A stretch of 64,000 nt of DNA from an uncultured Chthonomonadaceae bacterium (GTDB lineage: Bacteria; Armatimonadota; Chthonomonadetes; Chthonomonadales; Chthonomonadaceae), in assembly GCA_963835065.1 (NCBI GenBank), contig CAWIEK010000044.1, positions 256,001 through 320,000 of the forward strand. The letters run 5' to 3'. Under the pieces are notes generated by a model. That model worked only from the letters and a program-made list of their open reading frames with translations, was not told where the DNA came from and ran no database searches. Made by a program: the position numbers and the translations under genes. Positions 62,791 through 64,000 of the stretch are shown here, piece after piece; position 1 is the stretch's first letter, and each line of letters opens with the position of its first letter.

Positions 62791-64000
62791 CTACAGCATG
62801 TTATTGGCTTTGAGGTACTTGAGCAGGTCGTCGTATACGCCGTCTTCGTTGGCGAACTGCGCGTAATGGCGGGCCGTGTCGAACCACGCCCGCACGGACG
62901 GGCGCACGTCGCGCATGGCTTTCTGGAAATCGCGCTGGCCGACGGGACGGGCGATGCCGCGCTCCAGCGAGTCTTCTAAGGCGAATTCAGTTGCCGAGTC
63001 GCACAAGTGCGCCACATCCGCGCCGGAAAAGCCATCCGTTTTGCTCACGATCCAGTTCAAATCCACGCCTTCCACCGGGCGGTCGCGCAGGTTGTAGCGG
63101 ATAATCGCCTGACGGGCGGTCGCGTCGGGCGGCAGCACCAGCAGGGTTCTATCCAATCGCCCCGGACGGCGCAGGGCAACGTCTATGTCCCAGGGGTGGT
63201 TGGTGGCCGCCATCACGAAAATGCCCTCGTTGTTGCTTGCCACGCTGTCGAGTTCGGTCAGCAGTTGGTTGACATACGTGCGCGACCAGGCTTCGCGCAT
63301 CAGGCTGCGCTTGCGTCCGAGCGCGTCGAGTTCGTCAAAAAACAGGACGCAGGGCGCGTTGCGGCGGGCTTTGCTGAAAATGGCGTGGAGGTTCTTTTCG
63401 CTTGCGCCAAGATGACAGTCCAGAACATCCGAGATGCCGACATTGAGGAACCGCGCGCCCATTTCGCCCGCCGTCGCCCGCGCAATGAATGTTTTGCCGC
63501 AGCCGGGCGGTCCGTACATCAGCAGCCCGCCGCGCAGGGATTTGCCGTACATGCGCCGCATATCCGGGTTTTTCAGGGGAGCCAGAAACGCCATATTCAA
63601 GCGGCGCTTTACTTCGACCATGCCCGCCACATCTTCCAGCGTCATGTCGGGCGTTTCCATATCTACCAGGCCTTCAGGGTCTTCCACTTCGCCGCCCTCC
63701 GACATGCGGATGCGCTGCGTTCCCCCATTATTATCGTCCTCGTCGTCTTCCCTGTCTCGCGTATCGCGGTAGTTCTGCTGTGGTCGGGTTGTGGAGGTGT
63801 CGGACAGGCGCGACTCCTCAATATCTTCCACCAGGCTTTTGGCGCGGTTCCACGACAGGGCTTCGTACAGGCGCTTGTAGCCCGCCGCCCGCTCCTTATC
63901 TCCCACAGCCTCTGCCGCCCGCGTGGCAGCTTGCAGGGCTTCCAGGTGCGCGGGCTGCTTATTGAGGATGCCCGCTGCGTGTTCCAGCGCTTCCCCGGCG
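62791..64000 (-). CDS. AAA+ ATPase (CDC48/Vps4-like), N-terminus beyond the window
   Basis: GPPGCGKT, FFDELD, AATNHPW, RRPGRLD, GFSGAD. Confidence 0.9.
   Translation of the reverse strand, partial: AGEALEHAAGILNKQPAHLEALQAATRAAEAVGDKERAAGYKRLYEALSWNRAKSLVEDIEESRLSDTSTTRPQQNYRDTRDREDDEDDNNGGTQRIRMSEGGEVEDPEGLVDMETPDMTLEDVAGMVEVKRRLNMAFLAPLKNPDMRRMYGKSLRGGLLMYGPPGCGKTFIARATAGEMGARFLNVGISDVLDCHLGASEKNLHAIFSKARRNAPCVLFFDELDALGRKRSLMREAWSRTYVNQLLTELDSVASNNEGIFVMAATNHPWDIDVALRRPGRLDRTLLVLPPDATARQAIIRYNLRDRPVEGVDLNWIVSKTDGFSGADVAHLCDSATEFALEDSLERGIARPVGQRDFQKAMRDVRPSVRAWFDTARHYAQFANEDGVYDDLLKYLKANNML

Overview
A 64-kb, GC-rich bacterial chromosomal segment, probably Armatimonadota (inferred from gene content and repeat style, not verified). 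It opens with a PEP-CTERM-type protein, an exosortase, EpsI and a PPIase. It also carries two class III cyclase/NB-ARC/TPR (STAND) proteins, one with an N-terminal SARP/BTAD module. Other genes include a secreted TPR-CHAT protease, GH18, and S41, C1A, C1B, M50 and M28 peptidases, cinA, natAB-like ABC genes, msrB, a DEAD-box helicase, an ECF sigma/ZAS anti-sigma pair, prfB with its programmed +1 frameshift, and a GH1/glycosyltransferase/UDP-galactopyranose mutase cluster. Accessory elements are a GIY-YIG nuclease plus DNA methyltransferase cassette between duplicated gene pairs, an orphan SPPY methyltransferase, and an AAA_21 ATPase with a truncated partner. The most notable unexplained signals are: (1) a ~550-nt non-coding region at ~40.39-40.92 kb with interlocking, pseudoknot-like complementary segments, a candidate large structured RNA; (2) two identically built SARP-type direct-repeat promoters downstream of the BTAD-cyclase-STAND gene, suggesting a regulon with a Tat-exported papain protease; (3) 7-8-nt tandem-repeat cassettes inserted in frame into several proteins. 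Six single-base frameshifts in five conserved genes look like sequencing errors. No rRNA, tRNA, CRISPR array or transposase was seen.
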